A stretch of DNA of 64,000 bases from Candidatus Melainabacteria bacterium 17Bon1m (GTDB lineage Bacteria; Cyanobacteriota; Vampirovibrionia; Obscuribacterales; Obscuribacteraceae). Both the position numbers and the translations under genes were made by a program. The notes beneath the pieces were generated by a model, which saw only the letters and a list, made by a program, of their open reading frames with translations, did not search any database and was not told the DNA's origin. The DNA lies in contig JAVLKG010000004.1 of the NCBI GenBank assembly GCA_032128875.1, forward strand, positions 704,405-768,404, read 5' to 3'. Positions within the stretch are counted from its first letter, which is position 1. Each line of letters opens with the position of its first letter. Below, piece by piece: positions 60,369 to 64,000 of this stretch.

Positions 60369-60716
60369 ATGTCAGAGGAAGTTGTTGTTTTTGTCACCTG
60401 CCCGGCAGTGGCATCGCAAAACTTTGCAGAACAGCTGATTGAAAGCAACCTTGCAGCCTGCGTAAACATTTTGCCGTCCATCAAATCGGTCTATAAATGG
60501 GAAGGGAAGCTGACGGTCGATGAAGACGAGGCTCTTCTCATCGTGAAATCGAACTTGGCTGTCTGGGCTGATCTAGAATCAAAGATAAGGGCAATTCATA
60601 CCTATGAAGTGCCGGAGATAATTTGTGTTCCAATAGTGGAAGGTCACGAGCCTTACCTGAAATGGCTCAATCAGTCCGTTTTACTACAAGCGCAAGGCGA
60701 AAGGCAAACAACTTGA
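60369..60716 (+). CDS. cutA: Divalent-cation tolerance protein CutA
   Basis: VFVTCP, LAACVNI.P.I.SVY.WEG, E.LLIVKS, H.YEVPEII, YL.WL. Confidence 0.95.
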   Translation: MSEEVVVFVTCPAVASQNFAEQLIESNLAACVNILPSIKSVYKWEGKLTVDEDEALLIVKSNLAVWADLESKIRAIHTYEVPEIICVPIVEGHEPYLKWLNQSVLLQAQGERQTT

Positions 60717-62572
60717 CGTACAAAACGATTGTCGATGTCTTTTGGGAGCGCGTGGCAACAATGTCCGAGCGACCAGCCATCATGCACAAGGTGGATGGCA
60801 AGTTTCGCCCAATCATCTGGCGCGAGCACGGACGCACGGTTGAATTGACTGCCGGTGGACTCCTGAGTATGTCGGTGGTGCCCGGCGAAAAATTGGCGAT
60901 AATGTCGCAAAGCCGTCCACACTGGACTTGGGCTGATCTGGCATCTCTTACAGTCGGCGCGGTCACAGTGCCGATTTACCCGACCCTTGCCGCACCAGAA
61001 GCTCAGTTTTTGGTGCGACATAGTGATGCTGTTGGAGTATTTTGCGAAAACGAATTGCAATTGCGCAAAATTCAAGACGCGAAAGAATTACCGGAAACAT
61101 TGCGATTCGTCGTATTGATGGAAGGAGAACCGAAGACAACTGATCCGCGCTTCAAAACGTTGAGTTGGAATCAGCTTCTCGAGCAAGGCGAGATTCAGTT
61201 GGGCAAAGACTCGAAAGCATTGCCCGAGAGAATCAAAAATCTGAAGTCCGAAGATCTGGCGACGATCGTTTATACATCGGGCACGACAGGCATTCCAAAA
61301 GGCGCTATGCTCCTGCATTCCAACATCATGGCGGTTTGCGAAGCCATGCATGTTCTTGTCGGTTTGAATGAAAATGATCTTGCACTTTCTTTCCTGCCGC
61401 TTTCACACGTCTACGAAAGAGTCGGCGGGCAGATGATCTCCATCTTCGAAGGACTTGTAGTAGCCTTTGCCGAAAGCATCGAACAAGTGCCGAAGAACAT
61501 GATAGAAGTGCGTCCGACAGTGCTTAACGGCGTGCCGCGTTTTTATGAAAAGGCGTTTCAGCGAATACAAGTAGAAATTCGCAAACTGCCAAAACCGCAG
61601 CAATACTTGATCCGATGGGCGATGGCATTAGGCAAACGTGCTTTGCATTATAGAAAAGCAGCGCAATTCAAACACGAAGACCACATCGTTAATCAAATTC
61701 TCAAGGCGGAATTGAGAGTCGCTGACCGACTGGTTTTCTCGAGGATCAGGCGTCGATTTGGAGGACGGCTGCGTGTTATGGTTTCGGGTGCAGCACCCCT
61801 CTCGCCTAACGTACAAGAGTTCTTCGAGATCATTGGACTCAATATTGTCGAAGGTTATGGTTTGACCGAAACAACTGCACCAGTCGCTTGCAATACGCCC
61901 GAGGACAATCACCCGGGCACAGTCGGCAAGCCCATGCCTGGCGTTGAAGTGAAAATTGCCGAGGACGGAGAGATTCTTGTAAAAGGACCGTCAATATTTG
62001 TCGGCTATTACAAAAACGAAGAAGCGACCAAAGCTGCACTTTCAGACGGATGGTTCTCCACTGGCGACATCGGAGAAATCGATGCTTCGGGCAGACTGAA
62101 AATCAAAGACCGGAAGAAAGACATCATCATCACCTCCAACGGCAAGCATGTTGCGCCCCAGTACATAGAAAACTTGTTTAAGGGCGAACATCTAATCAGC
62201 CACATCCTTGTCTATGGAGACAGAAGAAAGTTCGTCACGGCGCTCATAACCTTGAGCCCTGATGGCTTGCGAACCTTTGCAGAGACTCACGCCTTGCCTG
62301 TGGACGATTTAGAAGCCCTCACCCAACACCCCAAAGTCCGGGAAGAAGTGGAAGCGGTCGTAAAACGAAAGAATGAGCCCCTGGCAAATTTCGAGCGAAT
62401 CAAGAAATTCATCATTTTGGAGCACGACTTTACAGTTGAAAACGATGAACTGACTCCAACATTCAAGGTAAAACGCAAGGTAATCACCGAGAAATACAAG
62501 GCTTTGCTCGATTCTTGCTATGAAGCGGACGACGTTGAAGTGGGTGGCGGGGTCCCCGAAACCTCAAAATAG
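60713..62572 (+). CDS. Long-chain acyl-CoA synthetase (AMP-dependent ligase)
   Basis: YTSGTTG.PKG, FLPLSHVYER, GYGLTET, GWF.TGDIG, DRKKD, ELTPT.KVKR. TTG start 60713 overlaps the cutA TGA (TTGA). Confidence 0.95.
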   Translation: MTYKTIVDVFWERVATMSERPAIMHKVDGKFRPIIWREHGRTVELTAGGLLSMSVVPGEKLAIMSQSRPHWTWADLASLTVGAVTVPIYPTLAAPEAQFLVRHSDAVGVFCENELQLRKIQDAKELPETLRFVVLMEGEPKTTDPRFKTLSWNQLLEQGEIQLGKDSKALPERIKNLKSEDLATIVYTSGTTGIPKGAMLLHSNIMAVCEAMHVLVGLNENDLALSFLPLSHVYERVGGQMISIFEGLVVAFAESIEQVPKNMIEVRPTVLNGVPRFYEKAFQRIQVEIRKLPKPQQYLIRWAMALGKRALHYRKAAQFKHEDHIVNQILKAELRVADRLVFSRIRRRFGGRLRVMVSGAAPLSPNVQEFFEIIGLNIVEGYGLTETTAPVACNTPEDNHPGTVGKPMPGVEVKIAEDGEILVKGPSIFVGYYKNEEATKAALSDGWFSTGDIGEIDASGRLKIKDRKKDIIITSNGKHVAPQYIENLFKGEHLISHILVYGDRRKFVTALITLSPDGLRTFAETHALPVDDLEALTQHPKVREEVEAVVKRKNEPLANFERIKKFIILEHDFTVENDELTPTFKVKRKVITEKYKALLDSCYEADDVEVGGGVPETSK

Positions 62573-62783
62573 TGGTTAAATACCGCCCTGAGGGGCGTAT
62601 CGCATGCGCCACGAGTACGTCAGGTGCCAAAATTCATCAAAAGGCCTTTACATTCGCTTGGCAACTGATTACACTAATGACGGTCTATTAGGCCTTTAGT
62701 TCTTAACTTACTAATTTATGTTTCCGCCACTCGCTCCATGGGCTCCGCCCATTTCAGCGACTCCCCACGAGGGTTAAAAGGTC

Positions 62784-63779
62784 ATGTTTGAATCGTTTGG
62801 ACGCGGCTTCAGGATGATTATGGCCAGCATCAAGATGGGCTGGCAAGATTGGCGCCTGTTATTGCCTTCGATTCTCACCGTCGTAAGCAATTTCTTCTTT
62901 GCCATTCTCTTGTTTGTTCAAGGCAACGCCAAGATTGGCGGGCAGGTCCAGGGTGTTGCGCAAACCCTCGGGCAGTCAGGGCAACAAATGATGAGAAGCG
63001 GCAGCCCTGAACAATTTATGCAAATGACAGGGCTCAACGGACCGACCGATCCGAGTGGATTCGGCAATATGGTCGGCGCCGGAACGGATATGGGCATTGT
63101 CGCCATGATGATCGTCTCGGTTTGGTGGTTGACCAACCGCTTCCTTGAAGGGGTGACCACAGCCCTCGTATATTGCCACCTGACAGAAGGTGCCGGCACC
63201 GGCAAACTGAATATCGCCTGCCAGGAAGTACTGAGAAGTCTTCCCGCCTTAATAATGTTGGGCATCACGACTTTCATCGCCAAAACAATCGCGCGAGGAC
63301 TGCGCGGCAAGGGCGGCACTGGCGGTATGGGATTCGGCGTAGACTTCCTTGCTGGAATTGTCGCTGTCTTCTGGACCCTGGCTGGGCACTTAATCTTGCC
63401 TGCAATTGTTATTGAAGGAACGTCTTTCTGGGGAGCTCTGAAGCGTGCTGACCGCATGGCTCAAGGCAACCTGCTCACAATCGGTGTGGGCGAAGTCGGA
63501 GTAGGATTGATTTGCAAAGCCGTAACCGGATTGGTTTGGGCTGGTGGAGCTGCCGGTTTCCTCGGTGCTTACGCCCTGCAAATGCAGACCTCGCCTCTGT
63601 TCTTCATGGCCGCATTCCTCTGGGTTTCCACCGTTGTTGTAGTCACAGCAATGTGCAACTACATCCGTGCTTCGTTCTACACATGCCTCTATGTATGGGC
63701 AATTGAAGCCGAAGCTGTTGAGGAAACAGAAAGAGCTCAAATCAAGGCTCCAGCACCATTGGCTGCTGCCCTGGCATAA
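62784..63779 (+). CDS. Conserved membrane protein (DUF6159-like)
   Basis: F..F.RG......S......D..LL.P, W......LPAIVIEG.....A.KR, LY.WA pattern; multiple TMs. Confidence 0.7.
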   Translation: MFESFGRGFRMIMASIKMGWQDWRLLLPSILTVVSNFFFAILLFVQGNAKIGGQVQGVAQTLGQSGQQMMRSGSPEQFMQMTGLNGPTDPSGFGNMVGAGTDMGIVAMMIVSVWWLTNRFLEGVTTALVYCHLTEGAGTGKLNIACQEVLRSLPALIMLGITTFIAKTIARGLRGKGGTGGMGFGVDFLAGIVAVFWTLAGHLILPAIVIEGTSFWGALKRADRMAQGNLLTIGVGEVGVGLICKAVTGLVWAGGAAGFLGAYALQMQTSPLFFMAAFLWVSTVVVVTAMCNYIRASFYTCLYVWAIEAEAVEETERAQIKAPAPLAAALA

Positions 63780-63786
63780 CACTAGT

Positions 63787-63810
63787 GCAGGGTCGACGCC
63801 ATGCGTCGAG
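63787..63810. repeat. REP-like hairpin, second locus
   Basis: GCAG-G-GTCGACGCCATGCGTCGAG; 18 nt (63792-63809) identical to 55951-55968. Confidence 0.6.
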
Positions 63811-63896
63811 CGGTTTTGGCACATTTTATGCGTGTTTGTAGTGGCGGGCGGCGCATCGACCGCTGTTCAGCAGACCTCTGCAGGGGCGCGGCAGGC

Positions 63897-64000
63897 CTAC
63901 CACCTGCTAATCAAAATGCCTCTGTAGATTTCCTCTTTCCCGTCAAGTGAATTAACGGCGGAAGGAACAAAATTCGGGATCATAAAACTGCTGTTTGCGA
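63897..64000 (-). CDS. Possible 3' end of a gene entering from beyond the window
   Basis: One minus frame is open from the edge to TAG at 63897 (..ANSSFMIPNFVPSAVNSLDGKEEIYRGILISRW*). Too short to identify. Confidence 0.3.
   Translation of the reverse strand, partial: ANSSFMIPNFVPSAVNSLDGKEEIYRGILISRW

Noticed and set aside
63817..63832. TGGCAC-N5-ATGC sigma54-like motif
   Set aside because: Lies downstream of a stop in a probably convergent, REP-containing region with no gene to drive.
1..64000. CRISPR array, rRNA/tRNA, prophage or IS element
   Set aside because: No regularly spaced repeats, no recognisable stable-RNA signatures, and no integrase, transposase or phage structural ORFs were seen by eye.

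Overview
Gene-dense, roughly 48% GC (visual estimate) chromosomal segment of a diderm bacterium. The cyanobacteria-like SecG and ClC, the absence of photosynthesis genes, and the expanded LRR Ser/Thr kinases and paralogous histidine kinases suggest the non-photosynthetic Cyanobacteriota (Vampirovibrionia/Melainabacteria, Obscuribacterales-like); this is an inference. About 45 CDS are present. Housekeeping: ppk1, secG-menG/ubiE-lpxB-msbA, ruvX/yqgF, sixA, cutA, a long-chain acyl-CoA ligase and a ClC antiporter. Also present are an AslA-type arylsulfatase ahead of a TolC-RND-MFP pump and many signalling genes (3 kinase-TM-LRR receptors, 3 HAMP histidine kinases with an OmpR regulator, 2 pseudo-receiver/PAS kinases). 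No rRNA, tRNA, CRISPR array, prophage or intact transposase was recognised. Most interesting observations: (1) a SprT zinc protease ending in a Hda-type beta-clamp motif QLTLPL, a possible bacterial counterpart of PCNA-recruited SPRTN; (2) an apparently inactive trypsin fold split by an inserted DUF4388/PATAN-wHTH module and fused to DUF4384; (3) the LRR receptor-kinase family with a shared unnamed cap domain; (4) a nested multi-stem RNA-like element between secG and a kinase; (5) a PncB-PncA fusion; (6) several apparent pseudoenzymes; (7) a BrnT/BrnA-like TA locus whose toxin is cut to 30 aa while promoter, operator and antitoxin remain. All family calls are from motif recognition by eye, not database searches.
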